DNA of 63,617 nt, counting the filler, from Octopus bimaculoides (Eukaryota): assembly GCF_001194135.2 (NCBI RefSeq). It is 9 parts of 7 records of this genome, joined end to end, with 100 filler letters (N's around TTAATTAATTAA, not from the genome) between each part and the next. Parts side by side here need not be neighbours in the genome. Positions count along the whole stretch, not along the records: positions 1 to 19,218 come from NC_068984.1; 8 more parts are not named here. One strand, written 5' to 3'. Each line of letters starts with the position of its first letter. Position 1 is the stretch's first letter. Shown here piece after piece: positions 1 to 12,272 of the stretch. A model generated the notes under the pieces. It saw only the letters and a list, made by a program, of their open reading frames with translations, was not told the origin of the DNA and made no database searches. Position numbers and translations under genes: made by a program.

Positions 1-455
1 TGTATATATATATTGATAGATAGATAGATATATATATATATACACTACACACATATAATACACTCTCACGCACACATATATTTATAGGAAGCATAATTGC
101 GTATTATTCACACATATATATATATATATATATATATGCTTGCGTGTATGTTTCTTGCAGACCAGATTTTCTTCCTTTTCAGGATACAAGTTGGTCACTA
201 ACAACGTGTCAATGTTCTTTTAATTCAAAACAACTCTTAGGCTTAGTAGTTACCTGAATAGCTTGATGTCTGCGTACAGATGTGTGTGTGTGCGTGTGTG
301 TATGTGTGTGTGTGTGTAGATTTTTTGAAGTAATGTACAGATATCGCATATTGAGAAAATGGAGGTAGTCAGAATTTTAGATACTTCCTTAATAGCGCTT
401 TCGGTGGTTTTTCAAACACGTCAAGACAAAATCAAAATCAATATGGTAAAAACAG

Positions 456-1175
456 GAACCTGTCAAGATTTCCATCAGTGTGCCACTGATAGCCCATCCT
501 TCTTGTCGGGAATCATTGCCGGTGACGAGAGTTGGGTCTACGGGTATGACCCTCTGACGGAGCAGCAGTCGTCATAATGGAAGAGACCATCTCCATGACC
601 GTAGAAAGCACGATAGAGCTGTAACTCAGTCAAGAGCATGCTCATCGCATTTTCGGCAGCTGCGGTATTCCAGGATTCGTTCATGGGGGCCAGACTGTCA
701 ATCAAGAGTTTGACTGTGACGTTTTGAAGTGTTTGAAAGAGGACATTCGGTGAGAGTGATCGGATCGGTGCAGCGCGAAGAACTGGATTTTTCATGGCGA
801 CAGTGCACCTTGTCACCAAGCTCTCCTGACTAGTGAGTTTTTTTTTTGCCAGAAACAACATAGTATTTCTTCTTCACCCAACCTCTTCGCCGGATTTAGT
901 ACCTGAAGTCTTCCATCTCTTCCCCAAGATCAAAACGTAGCTCAATAGTCGCCGGTCTAAGATCGTTGTCGAGGTCTAGAGCGAATTGCAGAAGATTCTC
1001 GACTCACTTACGAAACACAACTTCCAAGCCGGATTCCAAAGGTTATAGAAACGCTGGGACCGGTTTATTGCTGCGCAAGGTGATTATTTCGGAGGAGATA
1101 TTGTAAAAACTCAGGTAAATAAGTTATTGTTTATCAAGCATATCTAGCTCGGTAAGGTTTTGAAACCTCCTCGGA
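456..1175 (+). mobile_element. mariner (DD34D) transposase remnant, 3' half with 3' terminal repeat
   Basis: Frameshifted translation gives CQDFHQCATDSPSFLSGIIAGDESWVYGYDPLTEQQSS, then QTVNQEF-CDVLK, KNWIFH, PDLVP-VFHLFPKIK and WDRFIAAQGDYFGGD, which is the mariner catalytic domain. It ends in TTTTGAAACCTCCTCG, TIR-like. Many stops. Confidence 0.9.
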
Positions 1176-1318
1176 TATCTTTTATCATTTATCTTTTCTT
1201 TCAACTGCAGCCATGCGAGGACACTGTTTTCAAGAATTTGTAGTCGAATGAATCGACCGCAGTATTTCTCTTTTCTCTTTTCTCTTTTCTCTTTTGCTGT
1301 GGAACTATCGAGGGAAAT

Positions 1319-1370
1319 TCGAGCAGGCCTAAGAACTGAAACTTTTGTTTCAGTTCTTAGGCCTGCTCGA
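1319..1370. repeat. perfect 24-bp inverted repeat with TTTT loop
   Basis: TCGAGCAGGCCTAAGAACTGAAAC-TTTT-GTTTCAGTTCTTAGGCCTGCTCGA; the arms are exact reverse complements. Confidence 0.97.
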
Positions 1371-1379
1371 TTCAATTCA

Positions 1380-3834
1380 ATAAAAATGTTAACAAATATT
1401 CCCCGATACGTTACCTGAAAAGGATGAAGTATTCCTGGGATCTGGATACCCTAAGTGTTCACACTTCAGAACCAACAGCCAACCTTCATCGTCAACAGGC
1501 AATTTGCATCGAGTAGAACCAGATCCTGGAAAGATCATAAACAACAAGAATTAGAACAAGAGATATAAACGTAAAACTGAGACGAATGTATTTCCATTAC
1601 AGTAACGATCCTGAACAAACAATAATTATAAGTGACGATTACAAACTACTGGAACAATACTTAGTTACAAAATACAAACAAAACTTCACCATTTATATTC
1701 ACAATCACTCATATGGGAAAACAATTACTACACGAATAGATACATAAACGACTAATCTGGTCTTATTCATATTAAGAGAAGTAACTAAAGAATAGGTTGC
1801 ATAAATTAAAATCCCAGCTTTTGGACATTGAATGTTCTTCTATGCTATGTGGCGATCAGTATTTATCAGCAGAGGTTATTTATGGAGATTGATCGAAATA
1901 AGAAGAAACAACCAAAATGGATTACCTCTTTCAAGTCACTGATAGCCTGAGAAAAATACTGGAATGCTAGTGTATCGTTATGTGTAAAAGAAATAAATTC
2001 ATAAATCACCAGATGCAGCGTTAAGATAGAGTGTCTACAATCTATGAGAACCGCTGACTAGGAAGATTAACGGACAAGCTAATTGCCAATAAATAAAGAC
2101 TGCGGCGCAGTAAGTGAACTATTTCGCTATGAAAAAATGCCTAACTAAAAATACCACACTAGAACGAAGATTTATCAATCGCAACTACAAGCAGTGTACT
2201 GCAGTATGAAAGGGCATGCCATCAAGATTCGCCTATGAACATTTTGAGGAGGGATGTAGAACGTAAACTGAGAACACGAACGTGATACAAGGAGGTCAAA
2301 GGAAGTGCACAATGGAGAGCGGACGGAAGAAAAGAAATGAATACGGGAATGTGGTGAATAACTCTTTAACAAAGCTGTCTTTAAACGAAACCGAAATTTG
2401 TGTCCTTTTATCTAGATTATGAGAAGGTGTTTGGCTCTGTTACTTAATGAGGGACAATGGAATCGTTACGCCTTACTAAGGTTCAACCTTTTATAGCCAA
2501 TGCCACTACGTGGCTGTCAACAATATGGTCCAGAAGACTAACCGAGGCTGTCATTATAGTCTCTACAAAACATAGTCCATCAACAAGAATATTTCATAGT
2601 GACAATTTATCTGTAATGCATTTTGTCCAAACAGTTAACTTCTGGTTAGCCCTGTTACGGAAATACAAAGATGAAAGATAAATTTCACTTACAAATGTTT
2701 CTTGATGAACTCGCGATGTACTCGAACAATATTCCTGATAGATAGAATTCGTCGTGGCCACGTCATTCTCATGGGTGTTTGGTCAGAACAATGTTCATGT
2801 TTAGTACCAAAAATGACAATTGATTGCCAACCAGGCAAAGAATAATGCTATCAATGGATTGTCTATAACCTATATAACCACTTGAAAGTTACAAATATCT
2901 AGGGATTAATGAAGATATTACCTATACAAGTGCTGTGTGTAAAGCTAGAATGATGAAAGAATACTTCAACCAAGTTCGAATCAATGGCTATCAGATCTGT
3001 CTTCATTCAATATAATTATATACCACAATGGTCTCGCAGTTTCAGGATTTCTACTATCATTTGAGGCTGAATAAATACGTAACATGGGCACCAATACTAG
3101 GAAGATATTAAACGTAATGTGTGGTAGCTTCCATATCAACGTTGACATTGACAAAATTTATGTCAAATGAAGGGATGTACATAGAAGTATAAGACTGCAT
3201 TTGAGTGCCGTGTCATCGTGTCACTCAGACAATACCTACGGAACAAGAGAGATAGAGCAATGACTACATCACACGTATACGCAATTGTGAAGGGTATAGT
3301 ATTATCAGATAAGGCTAAGAATTCTTGAACAAGTACGCTGAAAGCGCTGCTATTCCGTATGAATCAATGATGCCTCAATTAAATTATACACAAAACTTGA
3401 AGAGAAATTCTCACCATACAAATTGAAAGTTATGCATGGGTACTTACCCCTCAAGCAAGAGAGTGAGAGCAACCTTGAAATGAATAGTAGTTTACTCTGT
3501 ACCTGTCATAATCGCATCATATCTCACCTAGAAGGCTGTGCCTTTGCTATCCAAGAACTAGAGACACCTACAAAATACCTGATCAACAAAAATGTTGGAA
3601 TGCTTCAAAACACTAACGCTGTTTCATTTATGCTATACAATTGTCTCCAAAAATACCTCACAAGAGCAAAATTTGCATCAAATAATGAAGCAGAATTCTC
3701 TGTAAAAGAATGTAGAGATAGCAAATGTGGAACATGCAACAATAACAACTTTAAATACTTAGAAATGGTTCCCACATAAAATTCAGGAGCAGATTCTCGT
3801 TCAAAGTAAATGCAGGTATGAGCTGTAAGACGCA
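1380..3834 (+). mobile_element. heavily decayed Penelope-like element (RT plus start of GIY-YIG region)
   Basis: Degenerate motifs in the expected order: NKDCGAV (~ADKGGAV), TVNFWL, and most clearly QKYLTRAKF..VKECRDSKCGTC..YL followed by FKVNAGMSCK, which precedes the GIY-YIG domain in Penelope elements. The 5' boundary is approximate. Confidence 0.65.
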
Positions 3835-4404
3835 GATGATGTTCTTTCTGCTTAGTAGGTAGCAGGCGAGGGACAATCTTGACAGAGACACGCCGCATGA
3901 TCAATTCAAACGTTACGATTGCCTTCACAGACCCATATGACAGATCATCAGCATCAGCAATGGCGTTAATTGTCCTCCGACGATTCTGATGCACAAGCTG
4001 TTGAATTTTCTCTACATTTTCAAGGGTGACGCTTGTAGCAGGTATTTCCATTTCGCTCATCGTTTTCCAGGCACGTTCTTCCGCTTTTTCAGCACCTGTG
4101 CCTCTCGAAACATTGCGTACGACCCATTGCTTCGTCATTGTAAGATTACAGAAGTATGCTCATTGACTATGTAGCAGACTTTCCAAGCTTACCGCAAAGT
4201 TTCACGTTAGCATTTTGTTACTTTCCATGACAAAATCGAAGACTACAGCATATACGTGATCAGGAAAACAAACTTCACAACTTGAAAAGTATACACAGCG
4301 ATGTCGCTCGGCACACTGCCGCGTAACAGTGACTTACTGCTAGCGCCCATTGAGCATGAACTCATGTACTGCCATCTGTTGTCGCGCTACAGAACTAGTC
4401 ATCG
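3835..4404 (-). mobile_element. mariner remnant, 5' half (HTH region), same family as 456-1175 and 7280-8070
   Basis: ORF 3605-4138 contains PATSVTLENVEKIQQLVHQNRRRTINAIAD..LSYGSVKAIVTFELIMRRVSVKIVPRLLPTKQKEH. The 5' leader ACTAGTTCTGTAGCGCGACAACAGATGGCAG matches the leader at ~7306. Confidence 0.9.
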
Positions 4405-5191
4405 TATCCAATCAATGTTTGTTTGGTTTCATTACAGACATTTCTGAATGTACTTCTTTTTTTTCTGTGAGTGCAACATGGCGTCTTAATAAACTTGATA
4501 ACACTCCTATAAAACGTACCTATGATCCATATACATTTATAGCTGTTTCTTCTACTTCGTTAATGCTTCTGTAATAGGCTCATGTACAATGCAATCATAA
4601 TTCCTCTTGAACCACTGTGCAGAAATTCCACTGAACGTTGAGTTAGCGTTTCGTGCCTACTTGTTCTACTAATTATGATAAACAAATCTCTCTGAACCCA
4701 TTCCTTCGCTTTTTCGAAAAGATGTCACTTTAAGCTGGACATAACAGACAAAAGGGCCACATAAGAATAATTTTTCACGTACATTTTGCTCAGATTTTAC
4801 CAAGGCTAAACATTAACAACAAATTGTCCCATTATAAGTTGAAGATTATTTTGCACTCATAAACTTTCGCTAAATTTTTACAGTAACATATAAGTCTTAT
4901 AAATCTTAGCACGTCATTTTCTATTCAACGGCGTCTTACATTGGCGCTTTTGTGTAGGAGAGTAGATGTGCTGGTGTATGTTTTTGTGCTTGCAAATGGG
5001 AATATTTGTGCGTGAGCATGTTCGAATGAGCGTGCATATTTTCATGGAAAACACAGATCATTTACATTCTCAATTTCAAATTTCCAAATGCATAAATGTG
5101 ACATAAGTTTTCTATTATGAACGGAAATGATATGTAGGAGAAAGAAAGATAAACTTTCATTCGAATGTAGATACATTGGAATGTGTGTTTC

Positions 5192-5227
<36 letters not shown>

Positions 5228-5302
5228 GGTGTGGGTGTGTGTGTGTGCGTGGGTGGGTGTATATATAATATGTGTNNNNNNNNNNNNNNNNNNNNNNNNN
5301 NN

Positions 5303-5368
<66 letters not shown>

Positions 5369-6043
5369 CAAAGAGACAGAGAGAGATAAATAGATAGATA
5401 GATAGATAGATATATAGACTCACACGTATGTATAACAAATTTAAATCCAAAATTGTAACCAAATTCACTGCGATAATAGCGGAATGATATGGGGTTGGAA
5501 ATAAAATATATCTTTTTTGTATTCTCCAAATAATATCTTTTGAAACATTTTTTGTAACGATAAAAAGGCAACAAATTTCAACGTGCCTTTTGTTGGGTTT
5601 TGTAAATTTTATGGTTAAACCACACCAATGTTATTGTAGAATTATTTTATTTGTTTAGGCTTGTATCACGATATTTTGGACATTCATTCTGCTGTATGTA
5701 CTTTTCTTATGTAAATGTACTTGCAGTCTACATATAAATGAATTTATGCATTCGTTTGCTTTGTGCATATAATGCACACACACGCACACACACACACATG
5801 TATATGTATGTATGTATGTATGTATGCATGCATGCATGTATGTATATATGTATGTATGTATGTATGCCTGTGATCAAGTATATATTTATATATGCAAGTT
5901 TCTATATAAGATTACATGTCAAACGTGCCATGTATAAAATGGAAATGGCTTAGAGCATTCCACTGGTAAACGAAAGCTGTTTATACAGCTTTCACTTGTG
6001 GGTATTAGCTATCTTCACCTTATCGGTGTGTGTGTTCTTACAG

Positions 6044-6120
6044 AGCATCAAGCTCTACAATATTAGCCACTATATATTATCTGCATGTGATTTTTCTGAC
6101 GCAAATACCTACAGAGCATG
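6044..6120 (+). CDS. candidate internal exon (SIKLYNISHYILSACDFSDANTYRA), phase 0 to 2
   Basis: Acceptor gtgttcttacag and an open frame, but the donor GTTGCA is weak. Phase-compatible with 6939-6988. Confidence 0.25.
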
Positions 6121-6843
6121 GTTGCACACAATCAATTTCTTTGTGTTTATGTATGTATGTATGTATGTATGTATGTGTGTGTGTGTGTGTGTATGTATAT
6201 GTATTTACATATGTTTGGATATATGTATCTATGTATCTATCTAGCTATCTAATTGTCTGTATGTCTCTCTTTCTCATCCTCAATATATATTTATATATAC
6301 ACAACCATGCACATATACACACATATACACATATGTATGTGTGAATGTCTTTGTGTACTACATTTTAAATATGAACACATTTTGTATTTAAGTATAATTG
6401 GAAGAGTACGATTTTCCGTATATAAATATCTTAATAGATATGTTAAGAAATGAGGAGAAAGACTGCAAGTCACACATATACGATGGCAACGTTTTCAGGG
6501 ATTAAGTGAATGAGACATACAGACAAGCCACAATCTGGCAGTCGTGTGTACATCTAAGCAGTTAGGTAGATGGATACATAAAAATGAAATTTGAAATAAT
6601 AATCTGTAGAAATGATATTGATAGCAAGAATTACAATTTGCATTGCAGTAAAAAAGAAAAAAAAAATCACGCTTTGTGTGATCCCCTTTTTAGAGTAAAT
6701 AATATTGTTAGTGTCTCTGTTAGTGTTACCATGATGTTTGCATTGAACTCTTGTCTTCTGTTTTCACTTCCTCTTTTTTTTTGTCTCTATTTCTCTATTT
6801 TTATCTCCCTATATCTCTTTGTATACCCACTCTCTGTCTCTGA

Positions 6844-6909
<66 letters not shown>

Positions 6910-6938
6910 TATTCTGTTTATTTCTCTGTCATCTTCAG

Positions 6939-6988
6939 CAAAAAACTTCATTTCACATTGCTCCACTCAGTCTACTCAGCTGGTAAAA
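6939..6988 (+). CDS. candidate internal exon (KKLHFTLLHSVYSAGK if phase 2 to 1)
   Basis: Acceptor tttctctgtcatcttcag, strong donor GTGAGT, 50 nt of non-repetitive sequence between microsatellites. Confidence 0.4.
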
Positions 6989-7128
6989 GTGAGTGATCCT
7001 GCAATGGATCGGCGTCTCGTCCAGACAGCAATATATACGTATAAGGAGCGACCCTATAATCCTTATGGAGTGCGTGCATTTGTGTGCATGCATGTGTGTG
7101 TGCATGCATGTGTGTGCATACATGTGTT

Positions 7129-7192
<64 letters not shown>

Positions 7193-7279
7193 CATGTATG
7201 TATATGTGTATGTATGTATGTATGTGTGTATGTATTTATGTAGGTATGTATGTATGAATGTGTATATGTATGTATATAT

Positions 7280-8070
7280 ACGAGATTATATCGAAACGTT
7301 CCCGGACTAGTTCTGTTGCGCGCCAACAGAAGACAGCACATGGTTGCGTCCACACTGAGGGCTAACAGTAACCTTCATGATGCAGTGTAGTGTTCCGAGA
7401 GACATTGTTATGATTACTTCGCAAAAATTTATGTTTTTGTGTTCATGTGTATGCTGTAGTCTTCGATTTTGTCATGGACAAGAACAAAGAATCGACATGA
7501 AATTTTGCATTAAGCTTGCGATTCCTGCTGCAGAGACATTGAGCACGCTTTAGCAAGCTTACAGCGACGTGACATTGGATCGTATGCAATGTTTGGAGTG
7601 GCACAGACGCTTCAAAGGCAGAAGAACATCCCTGGAAAATGATAAGATCTGGAAGACCTGCTACGAGCGTCACCCACGAAAATGTGGTATTGTGCAGCAA
7701 GAATTCGGTCCCCGGGGTCGGGCCGTTAATCAGTATTTCGAATGAGACATTCTGAAGCGTTTGAAAGGGGACATTCAGTGAAAGCGAAGAATTAGATTCT
7801 ACATGATGGAGCGCGAAGAATTGGATTCTACATGATGGAGCGCGAAGAATTGGATTNNNNNNNNNNATGGAGCGCGAAGAATTGGATTCTACATGATGGA
7901 GCGCGAAGAATTGGATTCTACATGATGGTAGTGAACTCTGTCACCGAGGTCTCCTCACTCGTGAGTTTCTCGCCAGAAACAACGTGGTCGGGCTTCCGCA
8001 CTCACTCTATTCTTCACATTTAGCACCTTCTGACTTCCATCACTTTGCCAAGACCAAAATGCAGCTGAAA
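7280..8070 (+). mobile_element. internally deleted mariner remnant with 5' TIR
   Basis: TA-CGAGATTATATCGAAACGTTCCCGGACTAG start. N-terminus MDKNKE..MKFCIKL..AETL..L.QAYSD..LDRMQCLEWHRRFKG..SLEND..GRPATSVTHENV jumps directly into the catalytic region (AVNQYF..ILKRLK..WSAKNWILHD). Confidence 0.88.
7786..7928 (+). repeat. 29-bp tandem array ATGGAGCGCGAAGAATTGGATTCTACATG inside the mariner
   Basis: About 4-5 head-to-tail copies with a short N gap in the middle. Confidence 0.85.
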
Positions 8071-8747
8071 ATCTCTACCACTACAGCATGTAGCTCAGAG
8101 ATTTTAGCAAGGTATCCTTGAGTCCCAAGCTGCTATGCAGTACATGGTCTGACTCTAGACGAGAGGGCTAGGACGTTTGGTGCCGTGCTGTGAGTCCAGT
8201 TCGGGGGCTAGTATAGCTCCTGATGACGAAGTTTGGTGCCAACCCCTTCAGGGGTATAAAGGTGTTTGTGTGTATGTCATTAATTATTTGTCTTAAATAG
8301 ATTATTTGTCTTAAATAGATTAAAGCTCACGTGATGTGCAAATGTGTGTGATGCGCCCGCGAATGGGCGTGTTATATTTCAGCATATTTTACTACAAGGT
8401 AAATGAACACAATTTATTTAATTCATGAATTAGTCTTGTATATTATTTAGCTTATCCTTATTCTACTTTATTATTCAAATGCATGCAACTGTTCACTCTA
8501 ATATATATCTATATATTTTTCCTACCTAAGTATTTTCTATCATATATGCATATGAGGTAAGGTGGGGAGCGGCAGAACAATTACTGTACAAGGAAACAAA
8601 AATGAAGTAGAAACGAGTCTTCTCAGTAGGTCTTCTTGTCTCCAAGCAAACTGACTTTTCTTTTATGGCACTTCTGAAGCTTTTGGTTCTTGAGATTACT
8701 TTTAGCTTCTATTTGTTGTTAGTACCAGTTGTGACCACGCTGTTTGT

Positions 8748-8756
8748 CTACTCGTT
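8748..8756 (-). CDS. candidate terminal coding exon (NE-stop) of antisense gene
   Basis: Acceptor ctctgctttcag followed by AAC GAG TAG; phase 0, compatible with 9174-9211. Confidence 0.3.
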   Translation of the reverse strand, partial: NE

Positions 8757-9173
8757 CTGAAAGCAGAGATAATTTCAATAAACCAAAAATTTATCTGATA
8801 TGTTCTTTCATATTCACTCTTCATACCACTGACCACTTTAGTTTATTTCTGTAAGGTCAATTTCTGTTTAAAGAATATATTAAATTGTGGGCGGCATATC
8901 AACCGTCAAATAACCGTTCCATTCCAAACTTGGTTTTATATTTTATTTGCTGCTATTTAATTCTGCTACGTATATTTGGATATATAGTCATTGAAAATAT
9001 AATATGCTGGTCGCTATTGTTAACAATGAGAACAATAAAATGCAAACAAGTAAATATATAACTAAAACTAAAAGCTATGATAACAAATTGGAAAATGGTT
9101 TCATTGAAAACAAAAGTAACAGATAAATTGACTAGTCTACGACCACCACCGCAACTACCAATACTACCAGTAC

Positions 9174-9211
9174 CTCTTGTTTCTGGATAATTCCGTAAAC
9201 GCCAGTGGTAA
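9174..9211 (-). CDS. candidate exon of antisense gene (V-TTGVYGIIQKQE)
   Basis: Long pyrimidine tract ending aattctcttttccag, 38-nt exon, donor GTACTG. Phase 1 to 0 fits the upstream 108-nt exon. Confidence 0.5.
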
Positions 9212-9418
9212 CTGGAAAAGAGAATTTCTTAGAAAGAAACTTCAGTAACAGCCAAGTAACGAAAGGAAAATATAAATAAAATGCGAGAGGAAAAAAAGAC
9301 AAATTCAGAGAGGAAAGAAAAGCAACTGAGATATCAGACAAAGCCATATCGGAGTAATTGATTTTGATAAACAGTAAAGAGTTAAAAACCAGGTCGTAGA
9401 CATAAAAAAATGTATATA

Positions 9419-9423
9419 TTCTT

Positions 9424-9497
<74 letters not shown>

Positions 9498-9520
9498 CAT
9501 TATTATTATTACTATCATCA

Positions 9521-9572
<52 letters not shown>
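9419..9572. repeat. compound (TTC)n-(TTA)n microsatellite
   Basis: Directly visible. Confidence 0.95.
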
Positions 9573-9573
<1 letters not shown>

Positions 9574-11098
9574 AAATAGTAATAAACTATGAGTCGACAT
9601 AGCAGCTTATATGCGTGATATTAATGGGTACAGCAACTATAGAACGAGGTAATTATTGTAGTTGTACGACACCATCTTGTATGGAACTAACAAGCAAAAG
9701 AAGTGCGCAATACAATATAAATCAAGAAAATGTATATACGAATATGTGTGTGTGTGCCCGCGCGTGCGTAGGCGTGTCTATGGACACACATACACACACA
9801 CATATAGAGAGAAAAAAAGAGAGGAAGATATATATATATATATATATATANNNNNNNNNNNNNNNNNNNNNNNNNNNNNNNNNNNNNNNNNNNNNNNNNN
9901 NNNNNNNNNNNNNNNNNNNNNNNNNNNNNNNNNNNNNNNNNNNNNNNNNNNNNNNNNNNNNNNNNNNNNNNNNNNNNNNNNNNNNNNNNNNNNNNNNNNN
10001 NNNNNNNNNNNNNNNNNNNNNNNNNNNNNNNNNNNNNNNNNNNNNNNNNNNNNNNNNNNNNNNNNNNNNNNNNNNNNNNNNNNNNNNNNNNNNNNNNNNN
10101 NNNNNNNNNNNNNNNNNNNNNNNNNNNNNNNNNNNNNNNNNNNNNNNNNNNNNNNNNNNNNNNNNNNNNNNNNNNNNNNNNNNNNNNNNNNNNNNNNNNN
10201 NNNNNNNNNNNNNNNNNNNNNNNNNNNNNNNNNNNNNNNNNNNNNNNNNNNNNNNNNNNNNNNNNNNNNNNNNNGCCTATGTGATATAATTTCCTGGGAG
10301 AGAAATACTTTTGCGGCTGAAGATAGCTTTGTATTGTAAAGTATACACTGATATAAAGCTTGAAACACGTGTACCGCAGAATCCTTTGTATTTTTGTTGT
10401 TATTTTTGGGATTTACAATTTATTCTTTCACCTCAACCACGAGCTGGCATGCACAGGTGCTTACAATTGTCAAGTATTACCTCTAAATTTTACTATATAT
10501 ATATATATATATATATACGTGCGTACATACATGTAAGTGTACGTATACACACGCAAACACACACATACACACACATTCATCACCATCATCATCATCAGTT
10601 GCAGCAGCAGCAGTAGCAGCATTGTTTTATGTCGTCTTTAGATGTTGCCATCGATTAGTCAGAGGACCTCATCTTGTTCCACTGTGACAGTTTTGAGCCT
10701 GATTTCTACGGTTGCATATCATTCCTTACACTAAACTCATTATAGATAGTGATGGGAACGTTTTCGTCGCTCGAAATAAAATCAGATTCTAGGTTCTGAA
10801 ATGTTTTTCTTAGCTTACCCTTAAATGCATACGAATAGCCTAAGTAATCTCAGCATCTCTTAAATCCCTCCTTTATTTTCCCCCATTTCTCAACGGAACA
10901 TCCTCCTTTAAACCATTGTATTGTTAAGGAGCAGCCTTTTGAAATAAAGAACGGTTTATAAGCTTTGTTTTACCATCGATAATTTTCTCATCTTCTTGTA
11001 TTTTCTTATCAATGTACAACAACAACAATAGCAACAACTAAGAAAAAAAAAAACAATATATAAAAACACCAAAAACATACATTTTATTTCATAATGAC

Positions 11099-11206
11099 CT
11101 GCAGTAGGCAAAAATGATTCTAGACGATATTTCTCTGCCAAAACAGCAATAATAATGGGAAGTAACACTTGATGGACATGAACATTAGCTGTAGCAATAA
11201 AGTTCC
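11099..11206 (-). CDS. candidate exon of antisense gene (NFIATANVHVHQVLLPIIIAVLAEKYRLESFLPTA)
   Basis: Acceptor ttgttcttttgttgcag, 108 nt with only the phase-1 frame open throughout, donor AG/GTCATT. Confidence 0.55.
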
Positions 11207-11408
11207 CTGCAACAAAAGAACAATGAACATAGCAACAGCAGTAACACAAACACCAACCGCAGTATTAACAAACAACAATAACAACAATAAGAGTAACGGC
11301 AAAGCAGCAGCGGCAGCGGCTGTAGACAGTAAAAATAGTCATCCGAATTTGATCACTTTGCTCATGACATGATTTTAGGAACTGATTCCCTTCCTCTCTA
11401 CCACTCTC

Positions 11409-11791
11409 GGGGAGGCGCAATGGCCCAGTGGTTAGGGCAGCGGACTCGCGGTCATAGCATCGCGGTTCCGATTCCCAGACCGGTCGTTGTGAGTGTTTAT
11501 TGAGCGAAAACACCTAAAGCTCCACTAGGCTCCGGCAGGGGATGGTGGCCAACCCTGCTGTACTCTTCCACCACAACTTTCTCTCACTCTTACTTCCTCT
11601 TTCTGTTGTGTCTGTAATTCAAAGGGTCAGCCTTGTCACACTGTGTCACGCTGAATACCCCCGAGAACTACGTTAAGGGTACACGTGTCTGTGGAGTGCT
11701 CAGCCACTTGCACGTTAATTTCACGAGCACGTAGTTCCGTTGATTGGATCAACTGGAACCTTCGTCGTCGTAAGCGACGGAGTGCCAGCAA
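11409..11791 (+). mobile_element. tRNA-headed SINE, family C, full length
   Basis: A-box TGGCCCAGTGG and B-box GGTTCCGATTCC. The body is shared with 46833-47197, 48904-49285 and 61894-62197. Flanked by CCACTCTCGG / CCACTTTCGG (TSD-like). Confidence 0.88.
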
Positions 11792-11865
11792 CCACTTTCG
11801 GAGTATAACACCCCAGCCTCCTAAAACTGTTACCTTGGTTTCTCATTTTGGTTTCAACTTTTAGC

Positions 11866-12062
11866 ACAAGGCCAGCAACTTTGGTTGAAGGATCTGGTTG
11901 ATTAGTTCGACTCCAGAGTTGAACTGGTACTTGTTTTATCGACCCCGAAAGGACGAAAGTTCAAGTCGACCTCGGCAAAATTTGAACCCAAGATGTAAAG
12001 ACGGATTAAATGCCGCCAAGCAATTTAACCGGCGTGCTAACGATTCTGTTAGATTAACGCCT
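11866..12062 (-). mobile_element. SINE family A (core CCTTTCATCCTTTCGGGGTCGATAAAATAAGTACCAGT, Deu/Nin-like)
   Basis: Matches about 10 other copies in the window; tRNA-like head with GAGTTCAAAT B-box-like motif. Confidence 0.8.
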
Positions 12063-12240
12063 TCTCAGAATTGCATAGCAAGCCACTACAGAGGATCGAA
12101 CCTTGGTTACTAATATTACGTCTCATAATCCTACTGCTACTGTCGCGGTAACTGTAACACTACCACCAATACTGCCACTCCCACCATCACCACCACTACT
12201 CCTAGCAAAACAACTACCCCACCTCACCCCAACGCTATCT

Positions 12241-12272
<32 letters not shown>

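Noticed and set aside
161-245. Acceptor tttcttgcag at 160 with an open frame PDFLPFQDTSWSLTTCQCSFNSKQLLGL
   Set aside because: No good donor; cannot be distinguished from chance.
8214-8260. CTGATGA boxes at ~8220, ~17901, ~21485, ~32203 and ~37965 as hammerheads
   Set aside because: No correctly placed GAAA box, or no stem I/III pairing.
8718-9211. Alternative reading YHWRLRNYPETRERVDKQRGHNWY-stop for the two antisense exons
   Set aside because: Protein-like, but needs a phase-2 upstream donor; the best upstream exon (11099-11206) ends in phase 1. Kept only as an alternative.
11409-11480. tRNA-like A/B boxes (also at 18345, 27741, 47130-47197, 49215-49285)
   Set aside because: They are SINE heads followed by SINE bodies; no complete cloverleaf, so not tRNA genes.
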